Source: Octopus vulgaris
Taxonomy: Eukaryota
NCBI GenBank assembly: GCA_951406725.2
Contig: OX597832.1
Coordinates: 52,948,001 to 53,012,000, forward strand
Length of the DNA: 64,000 nt
Direction: 5' to 3'
In this document: positions 50,740 to 63,862 of the stretch, piece by piece
How positions within the stretch are numbered: the first letter of the stretch is position 1
How the letters are laid out: each line of letters begins with the position of its first letter
Position numbers and translations under genes: made by a program
Notes under the pieces: model-generated
Told to the model about the DNA's origin: nothing
The model's input: the letters and a program-made list of their open reading frames with translations, nothing else
The model's database searches: none

Positions 50740-50825
50740 AAAAGAGAATGACTCTTCCCAGACACAACAGAATATGATTCAGTACTTACACAATATTTAG
50801 TTATTAATATTTCTTTTCTTTGCAG

Positions 50826-51037
50826 CTTTTAACAAACAGAAATCAGGTTATATCAGGAAAAAATATAAACAAAAATTAAAGAATTTTGAAGAAAATTGTA
50901 ATCTGATTGCGTACCTCAGTAGCAACATGAGTGAGTCTTACCAAAAAACTGACCAAAGAGAATTTGGCTTCACTGAAAAACTGGAGACTTTTTTTGCTCT
51001 AAAAGATTTTAAACAGAATTCAATTTGGATTGCATAA
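50826..51037 (+). CDS. AK9: AK9-like terminal coding exon (AFNKQKSGYIRKKYKQKL...CNLIAYL...KLETFFALK...WIA*)
   Basis: ttgcag acceptor, phase 1, TAA at 51035-51037; the 18 exons sum to 2952 nt with no internal stop. Confidence 0.92.
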
Positions 51038-51246
51038 ATATTGTTAGAAAAAATTTTTTTTTACATTTTTGAACAAAAGGAGGTTTTGACCACAAAATAA
51101 CAAATATATTATAATTGACAAATAATTAAATATTTATTAGGGAAAAATACATAATATTAATAACATTTACATCTGTTAAATTGTTATATTTCCAAACATG
51201 AATATCTTTTTTTTATTTTTTTATAATTTGAAGAGTTTTTAACTCA

Positions 51247-51252
51247 AATAAA
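51247..51252 (+). promoter_or_regulatory. Candidate polyadenylation signal of the AK9-like gene
   Basis: AATAAA about 210 nt after the stop, followed by a T-rich tract; AT-rich context makes a chance match possible. Confidence 0.45.
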
Positions 51253-51391
51253 AGATTTTTAAAAAAATTGAGTCTGTCATTTATTTTTGCTTCATAAGTG
51301 ATTTTATTATTTTTTTTTTTTTCACAAAGAAATTTTTTTTCTATCATATTGCTCTTGAACAAAAACATTCACATCATTGGTTTTGTTTTCA

Positions 51392-51436
<45 letters not shown>

Positions 51437-51833
51437 AGAACTGCAGATGATGATAACAAAATGAATAATTTGATGAATTAAAATATTTCTGCCTTGTTTT
51501 AATGAGATTTTTAATAGAAAATATTTTAGGAATGTTATATTAGTGAAAAAGTATTAAAAAAAAATTGTTTGTTATATATTTATATATCTTTTATTAGTAC
51601 AGCCATGATGGGGCACTGCTTTGAAGGGTTTTAATCAAATAAGTCAACCCCAGTACTTTTTTTTAAAGTCTGGTACTTAGTTATTATATTGGTCCCTTTT
51701 GCTGAACTGTTAAGTTACAGTTCATAAACAAACAAGTACCAGTTGTCAAATGCTGGTGTTGGGGGGACCAAAAAGACACACATATATGTACACATATATA
51801 CATATATAAATATGTATACATACATACACACAA

Positions 51834-51878
<45 letters not shown>

Positions 51879-52234
51879 TAAACATACACACATATATATG
51901 TATATATAAACAATGAGCTTCCACACAGTTTCCATCAACCAAATTCACACACAAGGAACTGGTCAGACTGGGACTATTGTAGAAAACACTTGCCCAAGGT
52001 GCCATGCAGTGGGACTGAACCCAAAACTATGTGGTTGCAAAAGAAGCTTAACCACACAGCCAAGCCTCCTTTTTTCACAACCATTCTTTTATTATTTTTT
52101 TTTACACTATTTATTATATTCATTAAACATTTAAGCGAACTGTGCTATTAAAAAGCTTTGTAAAACAAGGCAGAAACAATTACAACTTGATGAGGTTCTG
52201 TTAAACACAGCAAACAAATAATAACAGAGTGGAT

Positions 52235-54027
52235 TATATACCTTTAATGATATAAATTATACGTCTTTAATGGTATAATTTATATAACTTAAATGATATA
52301 AACTATATAACTTTAATGATATAAAATTATATACCTTTGATGATATGAATTATATATCTTTAACAATATAAATTATATACCTTTAAAGATTTGATTTTAT
52401 ATATTGTCAATGATATATGCATTATATACCTTTAACAATATAAATTATATACCTTTAAAGATTTGATTTTATATATTGTCAATGATATAAATTATATACC
52501 TTTAACAATATAAATTATATACCTTTAAAGATTTATTTTATATATTGTCAATGATATAAATTATATACCTTTAACAATATAAATTATATACCTTTAATGA
52601 TTTATTTTATATATTGTCAATGATATAAATTATATACCTTTAATAATATAAATTATATACCTTTAATGATTTATTTTATATATTGTCAATGATATAAATT
52701 ATATACCTTTAACAATATAAATTATATACCTTTAAAGATTTATTTTATATATTGTCAATGATATAAATTATATATACCTTTAATAATATAAATTATATAC
52801 CTTTAATGATTTATTTTATATATTGTCAATGATATAAATTATATACCTTTAACAATATAAATTATATACCTTTAAAGATTTATTTTATATATTGTCAATG
52901 ATATAAATTATATACCTTTAACAATATAAATTATATACCTTTAATGATTTATTTTATATATTGTCGATGATATAAATTATATATCTTTAACAATATAAAT
53001 TATATACTTTTAAAGATTTTATTTTATATATTGTCAATGATATAAATTATATACCTTTAACAATATAAATTATATACCTTTAAAGATTTATTTTATATAT
53101 TGTCAATGATATAAATTATATACCTTTAACAATATAAATTATATACCTTTAATGATTTATTTTATATATTGTCGATGATATAAATTATATATCTTTAACA
53201 ATATAAATTATATACTTTTAAAGATTTGATTTTATATATTGTCAATGATATAAATTATATACCTTTAACAATGTAAATTATATACCTTTAAAGATTTGAT
53301 TTTATATATTGTCAATGATATAAATTATATACCTTTAACAATATAAATTATATACCTTTAAAGATTTATTTTATATATTGTCAATGATATAAATTATATA
53401 CCTTTAACAATGTAATTTATATAACATTTATGATATGATTTATATACCTCTAAGGATATAAATTATATGTCTTTTAATGATATAAATTATATACCCTTAA
53501 TGATATAATTTATATACCTTAAATGGTATAAATATATTTTTAACAAATAAATTATGTACCTTTAACGACATAAATCCATTAATGTTTTTCACTTGATTTT
53601 TTATTTTCCCGATTGACTGTTCTTGGACAAGAGGAAATATGAAGTTTATTTATACCTTCCTAGATTACATTCCAGATCAAATCTATTTTTTATTTGTTGA
53701 TATATATGGACCTACAGAAGTCTGACTGTTCTCTGCAGTAGAACCCTTTTGATACTATGATATCAAAATGCCTGAGATCACTCCTGGCAGTATGACACCA
53801 CTTCCATTGAAATGTCGTGTCAATTATGCTTTAATGGTATAATTTATATAACTTAAATGATATAAACTATATAACTTTAATGATATAAAATTATATACCT
53901 TTGATGATATGAATTATACATCTTTAACAATATAAATTATATACTTTTAAAGATTTATTTTATATATTGTCAATGATATAAATTATATACCTTTAACAAT
54001 ATAAATTATATACCTTTAAAGATTTAT
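52235..54027. repeat. AT-rich satellite: 23-bp monomers and 69-bp (3x23) higher-order units; main block 52235-53575, second block 53829-54027
   Basis: gtcaatgata recurs every 69 bp (52478, 52547, 52616...); subunits atgatataaattatataccttta / acaatataaattatataccttta / aagatttattttatatattgtca. Confidence 0.92.
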
Positions 54028-56595
54028 ATGCTCTTTAGCATATCCAACCCAAATATTCTCCATTTTATGTTTAAACTGGTCTGATCCAGCCTCAACCTAC
54101 CCTACAATGTCATTCTAAAAATAAACAATCACGTTATCAAAATCTCAAAGCTACAAGATAATGCATGATTAATTCAAAACCAATGTGAACAAACAAGTGT
54201 TACATTTGACAGAGTAATCTGAATGCTAAGGAGAATTTACAAAAAATCCTCCAATCTTGAATATTTATCACAGAATGGAGGAGTGGAAAATGTTACAAAC
54301 TCTCTACTGACTGCTTTTTGTTGTTGCTGTTGTTGCTGCAGTTGTTATCGTTTAGCTTAGAGGTCAGCCCTGACTGAGCAAGCCTGTTAACAGTCTTCCA
54401 GCTGTGATCGTTCCACCTTTTTTTATATGTCTAGGACTAGAATAAATTTAGATATTACAAAGCCTTACTGTGGATTAAATAATAATGTAAACATGTTATT
54501 TCTATACTATTGATGTGTGAGGAAAAAAAAAAAAGAGATAGTCCTCTAATGGTCTGTTTGACAGTTAGTTGACTGCTCCTAAGAGAATATGTACCCAGCT
54601 CCCTTCCTTGGTCAGTAACATAGATCAGCTGCTACAGATAAAAATTAAATAAATTAGGCTTACAATTAATTTCTAATGTATTCTTTCTTTTTCTAAATGG
54701 TAGTGTGTGATTTAGGGTAATGTAGCTGCTATTTCTAGAAGATGGGGCAACCATGTAGATGGTTTTTTTCATGGCTGCTGGATAAAGACTGTCTTATCAA
54801 GTGAAGTAAATCTAGGATTTAAGCAAAGCAAGATGCGTACTTCATATATACACCCTCTTCCAATAAATAAATAAAAAACAATCAATAAGGAACTGTAATA
54901 ATTTTTGTTCATGGATACACTCAACATACTTTTGTAAATAAATAAAATCTTAAACATATACTATGAACACATGCATGTATGCACACACACATATATACAT
55001 ACATATATACATACATACATACATACATATAGAAGTAAAGTAAAGTTCCTTCCCGAGTCGTGCAGACTCAGACGGCTGGTTTCCCGTTTACCATGGCTTA
55101 TATATTCCCCTACCTGGACGGGACACCGGTCCGTTGTGAGATTACTCATATCTTCCAGCTGAGTGGACTGGAGCAACGTGAAATGAAGTGTTTTCTTCAA
55201 GAACACAACGCGTCGGCTGGTCCTGGAATTGAAACCACTACCTTACGAACAAGAGTCCAACGCTATAACCACTAAGCCACATGCCACTACATACATACAA
55301 ATATATGGTGATTGTCTACTCTTTATGCAGAGCCTGACCACCTCTGTTACTTACACCTTAGAGCCATCATGACATCTGATGTGGCCTTTTAAACCAGACA
55401 ATGTTTTGAAAAGACATCCACATAAATTGCACCTCTGCTTTGGACCACCAAGACCTGCAGTTAAGTTCTGATCAATGTGGATTCTAAAATGTCTCTTGAG
55501 GGCTCCATTAGATTTGCAGACCTTATGTACACACACACACACACACACACATTCTTTTAGGAAGCTAAAAGTTATGGCTGGTCATAGAATGACCATTTGT
55601 TTCATACCTATAAAGCACTTAGCAGTATAGGTAACTCATCAGACTCAAATAGCTGAAGACACATAACCTCTCTACAACTGGAGGAAGAAATATGTAACAG
55701 TCAGTTGGTTTTGTAAGCAAAAAAAAAAGATAAAATAATAAATAATTGTTTGTGCTGCAAGCGAGATGGGGTTTATCCCCCCTTACATCAGCAGGAATAT
55801 CATCCAGGAAGGAAGTATTCAGTCAATGTCCTCATCTAAAACGTTTCCTACTTCAAACTTGGAATTCTCCATTTGTTGAATAGTCCCACCACAGCTCCTT
55901 TAAATATCGCCATGGCTGAAGCCAATGTAAGGGGTACAGAATTTTTTTTTCATTCACAAAAGCAACTGACTGTTGCATATTTCTTCAACCATTTGAGTCT
56001 GACAAGTCTCCTATACTGCTAAGCACTTTATAGATGTGAAACCAACAGTTGCTTTATGACTGGCCATAACTTTTAACTCTTTTAGCTTCCTAAAAAGAAA
56101 AAATATACATATGTGCTTCTCTTTGATACAAGTACTGATCACACACACACACACACATGCATGCACACATACACATGTATGTGTGTGTGTGAGGGGTTAG
56201 TTAGATAGGTATGATGGTAGATAGACAAACAGATAGATAAATAGATAAATATATAGATAGAGAGAGAGAGAAAGAGAGAGAGAGAGAAAGAGAAAGAGAA
56301 AGGAATATAAAAATTCATGATCAACAAATTTCTTTCCTTCAATAATTCTTGTAATGAAGTCTGCCCCCTAACTGAGCCTCTTCAACCCCAATCCAAAACA
56401 AAACTGGCCAGGACAGAAATAACAATGTACGTATATACCACAACATATGTCTCGTATAAAAAAAAAATACTTGGAAAAATCAAAACAAAACAAAAAGTAA
56501 AAAAAAACAAAACACTAACAACAAACACCACCTTCCTTTGCGATAACAAAAACTGAGAGAGAGCATCGGGTGTGAAAAACCAAAGCAAATATATT

Positions 56596-56783
56596 CTATG
56601 GAATGACATCATCATCTGAATCAGAGAGTAAAGACGTTTGAGTTGGGTGAACAGATGACGCAACCAAGAACTTTATGCCAGATGTGTAAAATGACATGTG
56701 TTTGTGTTTCATTCTCTGTTGCCGACATGAAGCCACGGTGTAGATGCCAACCAATGTTGCGGTAAGGGACAGAATTAAGATGT
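56596..56783 (-). CDS. ENPP4/5-like terminal exon: transmembrane helix and cytoplasmic tail (YILILSLTATLVGIYTVASCRQQR...SLLSDSDDDVIP*)
   Basis: Pyrimidine tract + ttttcag acceptor; phase 1 matches the upstream exon; hydrophobic segment then basic stop-transfer residues, as in type I membrane ENPP4/5. Confidence 0.8.
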
Positions 56784-56895
56784 CTGAAAAGAGAGAAACA
56801 GAAAGGGAGTTTTTTAAAATATCACAATCGCGTGTGTGTGTGTGTCTATACACACATACACACACATAGACCTATATATAGAAGTACATGAAACC

Positions 56896-57129
56896 TATTT
56901 CTTTATTACCCACAAGGGGCTAAACACAGAGGGGACAAACAAGGACAGACATAGGTATTAAGTCGATTACATCGACCCCAGTGCGTGACTGGTACTTAAT
57001 TTATCGACCCCGAAAGGATGAAAGGCAAAGTTGACCTCGGCGGAATTTGAACTCACAACGTAATGGCAGACGAAATACCACAAAGCATTTCGCCCGGCGT
57101 GCTAACGATTCTGCCAGCTCGCCGCCTTC
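56896..57129 (-). mobile_element. SINE with Deu/Nin-like central domain; many copies (5179-5413, 11261-11491, 12983-13456 tandem, 23100-24380 cluster, 34629-34861, 37320-37708, 46400-47045)
   Basis: gcctttcatcctttcggggtcgataaattaagtacc motif; 19-bp TSD tatagaagtacatgaaacc here and 17-bp TSD tgggattataatattgt at the 5.2 kb copy. Confidence 0.82.
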
Positions 57130-59039
57130 TATAGAAGTACATGAAACCATGTGGTTTTGAGCATGGCACCTTGGGCAAGTGTCGTCAACTATAGCCCTGG
57201 GCCCAACCAAAACCCTGTCAGTGGATTTGGTAGACAGAAACTGTGTGTGCATCATCATCATCATCATCTTCATCGTTTAACGTCCATAGTCCATGCTGGC
57301 ATGGGTTGGATGGTTTGACCAGGGCTGGTAAGCTGAGGGGTTGCACCAGACTTATATATATACACATATAAACAAAGTATATCAAAAAATTCTTTCTAGG
57401 CCTGAAGTTGGAGGAAATATTGGCTTAAAGTAATCTTAAAAAGAAAATATTGGAACGGAAGTACAAGAAAGTAATTACCATCTCACGGAAGATACATAAC
57501 AAAACAGTTGAAATAAATTACATGGAATGACTTACAAAGATACAAGCAAACACTTCAAGATTTAAATTTAAGTTCAAAGGTTACATCTCTGAGGCAATTT
57601 CTTTTTTCTATTCATGTCTATTAGTAGAAGAGAAATAAATGGCGAGATCAGTTTGAGAATTAAGGGCTCTGTTTCTGTTTAACAGACATTTACTTTACAA
57701 AGACTGACACTCTGTCATCAGTACTCCATCATTGCTTTAATGTACTCAACATGAGTAATCCACCATCATTTTAATAACTCGACAAGGGTGTTCCAGTATC
57801 ATTTTTATTTACTTAACCGTTTAGCATTTAAACTGACCGTATCCGACCCAGATATTCTCTTTGTTTTATGTTCAAATTGGCCAGATTCAGCATATCACAC
57901 AATGTTATTCTAAAAATAAGGAATCACATCACTGAAATCTTGAAGTCCCAAAGTAATGCATGATTAATTCAAAACAATGTGAATAGATAAACATTACATC
58001 ACCATCATCATCGTTTAACGTCCGCTTTCCATGCTAGCATGGGTTGGACGGTTCAACTGGGGTCTGGGAAGCTCGAAGGTTGCACCAGGCTCCAGTCTGA
58101 TCTGGCAGTGTTTCTACAGCTGGATGCCCTTCCTAACACCAACCACTCCGTGAGTGTAGTGGGTGCTTTTTACGTGCCACCGGCACGGAGGCCAGGCAAG
58201 GCTGGCAACGGCCACGCTCGGATGGTGTTTGTTACGTGCCACCGGCACGGAGGCCAGGCGATGCTGTGCTGGCTACGACCACGTTCAGATGGCTCTCTTA
58301 CATGCCACCGGCACTGGTATCACAACAACAAATTCCACTGATGTTGATCGATTTCGACTTTGATTTTCACTTGCCTCAACAGGTCTTCACAAGTAGAGTT
58401 TTGTGTCCCAAGAAGGAAGGTATGCACAGGTGGACTGACTACATCCCAGGTAGAGGCCACGGGTTATGGCCTCACTTGTCCTGCCGGGTCTTCTCACGCA
58501 CAGCATACTTCCAAAGGTCACGGTCTCTGGTCATTTCCTCATGACAGAATAATCTGAATGCGACAGAGCTAACATAGGTACTCCATCATAATTTTAATAT
58601 ACTCAACATAGGTACTCCAACATTTTAATATGGATAACATGGGTACTCCACCATCATTTTAATGTACTCAGCATAGGTACTCTATCCTCATCTTAATGTA
58701 CTCAACATAAGTACTTCATCATGATTTTATCATCTGAGTTTTGCTTTTTTTATGCTAGTATATGATATCTTGTTTGCTAGGCCCAACATCAAGAAATCTG
58801 ATTCCACCACTTCTTTTGGCTCTCTTGGTCTTCCTCTGGCCAAAACAATAAATCTTCCTCCATCAACACACATTTTTATTCAGCTGATATTTTCCATTTT
58901 CAAATGACCATTCCATCAGAGCTGTTTCTCATACAAAAGACCAGTCCCACAGTTTGTTATCTCCTAAATATGGAGATTGTTTATCCTTTGCATAACCATT
59001 CCAGCAGGGTGATGTTTCCTACACCTAACCATTCTAGGA

Positions 59040-61780
59040 GAGATTGTTTAAGAGATGATTATTTGCCAATAGTACTTTGCTAAATTCTTAAGTATCAAGT
59101 CAACATTGATGTTGGTTACCATTTTATGATGATGTAGTATTTATAACATTTCATTTGAGTTTAAAATCAGTATCTCTTGGCTTCAAATACCATATGTATT
59201 CAGCTAATGATGTTGACTGTATCAATTTATGATTAGAGAACAAATGTTTATGTGTTGAGAACCTATTTTTGAACATATTAGATGTAGAGCCTATATAGCA
59301 TTTATTACTTTCATGGGTAAGGATTTTACATCTATAAACAATTATTTTCTTGAGGCAATTCCCATTAAGGGGGCATTTTTTAGCTATTCTACAATTTCAG
59401 GTACATAAATTAGCATCAGAAAGAGTAAAGGTTAGTAATATTTATCATAGGTGTATTGTTCATGTTATCTTATTCTAAGGTTGGGTAGATTCTTGTACAA
59501 GGGTGTTTATAATTATCACTACTCCTATATTTATCTGGATTGCATCATTACTAGGTTTACTAAGTGAAGATAAGTGCTTGTAATTTACCTTATTAACAGT
59601 GGTGGTGCTGTTATCCACACTAGTTTTATCCTTTTGTTCAGTTGGCGACTGGCTTTGAGCAATAGGTGTAGAAGTGGATATACTTCAATATTCTTATAGT
59701 AATATTAGGAGAACTTTTCGACATTCTTTTTAATAACAATTTTATTCAACTGAATAACGAATATTCATTTCCCTTACAATTAATATTTATTTTGGTGAGA
59801 ATCATAAAATAAGCAAGTTTAATTGCAGAGGTGATATTTAATATCACGATGAGAATTTTTTTCCTATTTTGAAAAATGTTTTGGCTTTATCAGTTTTAAC
59901 AAGTAATGAATAAAGAGGATTATACCATGTGGTATTTCTTTTACTATTTACTTCCAGTTAGTTTTAATACTGGGGATCAGACATGATTTATTAATGTCCT
60001 TTCAAAAAGTAGCTCTTACTTCTGTTAGTATCACTAATAGTATCACTTTGGAATTATTCTTATATTTATCATTCTTCTAACTCTCTCTTTTACTCTCTTT
60101 TTTTTTACTCTTTTTACTTGTTTCAGCCATTTGACTGCAGCCATGCTGGAGCACTGCCTTTAATCGAGCAACTCGACCCCGGGACTTATTCTTTTGTAAG
60201 CCCAGTACTTATTCTATCGGTCTCTTTTGCCAAACCGCTAAGTAACGGGGACATAAACATACCAGCATCGGTTGTCAAGCAACGCTAGGGGGACAAACAC
60301 AGACACACGAACACACACACGCATATATATATATATATATATACATATATACGACGGGCTTCTTTCAGTTTCCATCTACCAAATCCACTCACAAGGCTTT
60401 GGTCGGCCCGAGGCTATAGTAGAAGACACTTGCCCAAGGTGCCACGCGGTGGGACTGAACCCGGAACTATGTGGTTGGTAAACAAGCTACTTACCACACA
60501 GCCACTCCTGCGCCTATTGATATTATCAGTTTTATTTCTAGTTTTATCATTACTGCTTGTATCATTTTCTGATATATACCTCTGTGTGGATAATTTGTTA
60601 TTATTGTAAGCTCTAGAAATCATTGTCATTATCGTCAACATCATTATCACCATCATCATTAATCAAATCCACATATACATGAGAATTAAGTTGGTGTTCA
60701 TATTTACACTCCTATATTTAATAGTTTCAGGTTTGTTTTTTAATCACAATTTTATTTTTACTTTCTCCCATTATATCATTTTTCCTTGAGTTACCATTAG
60801 TTGGTAAGTCAGTGCTATTATTACTGTTACTTTTGTTTCCCATACTATTTCCTATCGCTCAGGAATAAATTTGGAAATGAAAAACATTTACTATCTAGTA
60901 CCCTGGACCATTTGGTTTCTGATCATCTTTTAGCGAGTCAAGGAGAACTCACAAGGTCTGATTTTCTTCAGCAAGGTCCAACCTAGGGTTAAACATATCC
61001 AACATGAGACAAACAAGGCTACTTGTGTCGTGTTTATACGAACTAACTTTTCAAATTTTACTGCGCAGACGCAGTCCTTCACTGGCTATATATATATATA
61101 TAAGGAAAATATATATATAAGGATGCTAGATTCCCATTCCTTAGGAATGAGAACCCAGGTTTGAAATATTAGTAGCATATTTAATGTTGTTATAAGTAAA
61201 TTTCCTAGATTAGAACCCTTAGAAATTGATTTATGTGATTTTAGTATATAAATCATTTTCTCATCATAACCCACTCCTTTTTAGAGCCTCATTATAATAC
61301 CAAGCATTGTAATGGATATTTCTTCATTGGTTGACAGGTTCTTTCTAACTTATTGATAGTAGATTTAGAGTGGTTACATAATCTGTTAATGCAATACACA
61401 TATTTGTTAGGTTTATGGAAAGGATAGTATAAACCAGTAATGAGATCAAGTAAAACATTAAAAAATTCCCTTTTTTTTAATATTCAACTCAAAAGAAGAC
61501 AGATTAAAATTTCAGAAAAATTTCTATAGTCCCTTATGAAGTTGTTCCTTGGCTGAAGGATTAAAATTACTAATAATTAAAAGAGAATCATCTTGATATA
61601 ATTTTTTTAATTTGTCCCTAAGTTCACACAGAAAGAACAATCCAACCGTGTTTTATGTGATGTGGGAAGGACCCATCATAATATTAAAGTTGTTCTTTTA
61701 TGGTTTTCTAGTCCAAAATACCTGATCAAACAGGATTGAATAATCCATAGTAGCAACTATAATTATACTAATTTTATTGT
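59040..61780 (-). mobile_element. Second, older decayed Penelope-like element (RT thumb, linker and GIY-YIG remnants)
   Basis: Minus-strand fragments FFNVLLDLITGLYYPFHKPN...NH, YNEALKRSG, KRNTTWYNPLYS..VKT, NCRIAKKCPLNGNCL..IVYRC...YIGST..FKNRFSTH...STSLAEYIW; many stops; SINE inserted at about 60083-60515. Confidence 0.8.
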
Positions 61781-61832
61781 TAGTTATAAGTAAATAATTT
61801 CACACTGTACCTTATTGTGTGTGTGTGTGTGT

Positions 61833-61888
<56 letters not shown>

Positions 61889-62495
61889 GAGTATGGAGAC
61901 TGTACATCCACAAAATTTATTTTATAGTTATATACAGCATATTATACTGGATGTAAATTTTGTGGCTGAGTGATCCTTCGGTTTAGCATAAAATTGTTTT
62001 GACATAAAAGCAAACACTCCCCACCCCATGCGCACACATATTAGCATCCGCAAAAATACATCCTGTTGCTCAATTTTAAGACAGAAACAGGCTGAGTAAT
62101 ATACACTTGAGACTATTTTTACATAAAAGTAAGATGTAAGGAGATGTACTTGCATAGCAAGTGATTTGATCTGAGATCATGTGCTGAAACGAAAACAATT
62201 GCAGCGTGGAAGGTGTTTGTAAGCCATTTAAGAAACACACAAAAGCCGTTCGATTCACTTCAACATTTAAGTTTAATTTGTCAAAACACACGAAAATAGC
62301 GACGAAAATATTTTGACAAATTAAACTTAAATGTTGAAGTGAATCGAACGGCTTTTGTGTTTCTTAAATGGCTTACAAACACCTTCCACGCTGCAATTGT
62401 TAAGATGTAAGGATTTTGAAATTAGTTTTAGACCAAAATTCTTTGATTAGAATAGCAAAGAAAGAAAGGAAAATAATAGACAAAATTGTACTTAC

Positions 62496-62729
62496 ATGTA
62501 ATAAATGTTGTAAAACTGCTTGAATATTTAGGGATAAGAAATGTTTGAACTGTCTCCATGCTACCATTATTAGGAGATGGTTTTAAACCAAGAAGTGTAC
62601 ACATCAAAGGGTATAAATCAACATTTTCAAACATGTCAACTGAGAAGTTTTTCTTAAGGCTAGGCCCAGAAGCCATAAAAATTGGATGCATATCAAGTAA
62701 AGTGTTGTTGTAGCCATGTTCTCCCTGTC
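62496..62729 (-). CDS. ENPP4/ENPP5-like ectonucleotide pyrophosphatase/phosphodiesterase, penultimate exon (QGEHGYNNTLLDMHPIFMASGPSLKKNFSVDMFENVDLYPLMCTLLGLKPSPNNGS...)
   Basis: G-x-HGY-x-N...MHPIF-x-A-x-GP...NVDLYPLMC-x-LLG...PNNGS is the C-terminal block of the NPP catalytic domain; tttcag acceptor (an alternative CAG lies 5 nt in), gtaagt donor. Confidence 0.92.
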
Positions 62730-62829
62730 CTGAAATTTTTATTTAAAGAAAAAAGAAATTAAAATGAAATAAGTGAGAATTAGAACCAAGAGTCTATTAA
62801 AATTTAAGGCAGTAAGCTGGCAGAAATCC

Positions 62830-63825
62830 TTTGTTTACCGTTAATATGGAAAATTCAATAAACAGTTACCAGGGTAGCAAAATTCACGCAAGTAACACGG
62901 ATGAAGCGAGCTATTCAAAGGTAGAAACTCCGGGTTAATGTGCAGTAATTTGTGTATTATAAGTAAATAAATGGAGTTGAACAAAGATGTTATTAAAATT
63001 CTTTTACTTTCGACATATGTTTCGAAGACAACATTGGTTTTATTCCAAAGGAATAAACGGTGTAAAATGCAATCTTCTCATCAGGAAAGAAAGAGAGCCT
63101 ATCTCAACAACAAGACATTATAACAATTATGATGACTGCCTAAATGATAAACATAACGTTATTAATTATTTTAAAAGATCGTTAGTAGATTTGACGTCAA
63201 AGGCAGATACTAGGAAGAGAAGGGTTAAAGAAATAATAAGTAGAGAACTAATAAAGAGGGATACGTTGATTGAAGAAATGTTCAAAGGCTTAGAAGTAGA
63301 GTTCTCTATTGAAGTAAAGTGCAAGTTAAACTAACTGTTCAAACTATAAAGACTGGTGAAATCACTTATATGAGTTGAAGGTATGTTTCTGCCAGTGTTT
63401 ACATTTATAAGATCGCTCTATAAGTGTGTTAACAAGGTGATTCTTAGAGAAGAGAATATAGAAGAGTTCAGAGTTGCAAATGTTACAAAATCCCTTGCCC
63501 TTATTGTAAGGAAAAGATATGGACACGATGAACCAATCTCACTTAAAATCTTTATTGTTGTCTTTAAGATGCCAAACCAATTTACTTAGCCCTGTGCTAT
63601 GGCGTTTTCTGCTATCCCTAAATGATGAATAATGATTTGAAATTCTCTTAGATAACTAGGAAGAGGATGTGCCTATGTAGAAGTAGACATCGGTACTGCA
63701 AGAAATTTTACATTGGTATATAGAATTCTTGATCTTAGAATTATTAGACATAAATTTAATTCTGTTGGGGTTGTCCTCAGAGATCAAAACCATGTTTTTA
63801 TTACTATCATTATTATTATTAATAC

Positions 63826-63862
<37 letters not shown>

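Noticed and set aside
55351-55530. Two C2H2-like motifs (C..LKRHFRIH; CNLC...GLKGHIRCH) as a zinc-finger gene exon
   Set aside because: Begins directly in a (TG)n tract with no acceptor or TGEKP linker; more likely the C-terminus of a truncated LINE
51037-56596. AK9-ENPP as a functional nucleotide-metabolism cluster
   Set aside because: Convergent neighbours with no shared promoter; adjacency alone is not evidence and synteny cannot be tested here
62987-63589. Plus-strand ORFs of 115 and 68 aa
   Set aside because: Antisense shadows of the Penelope element; no recognisable motifs
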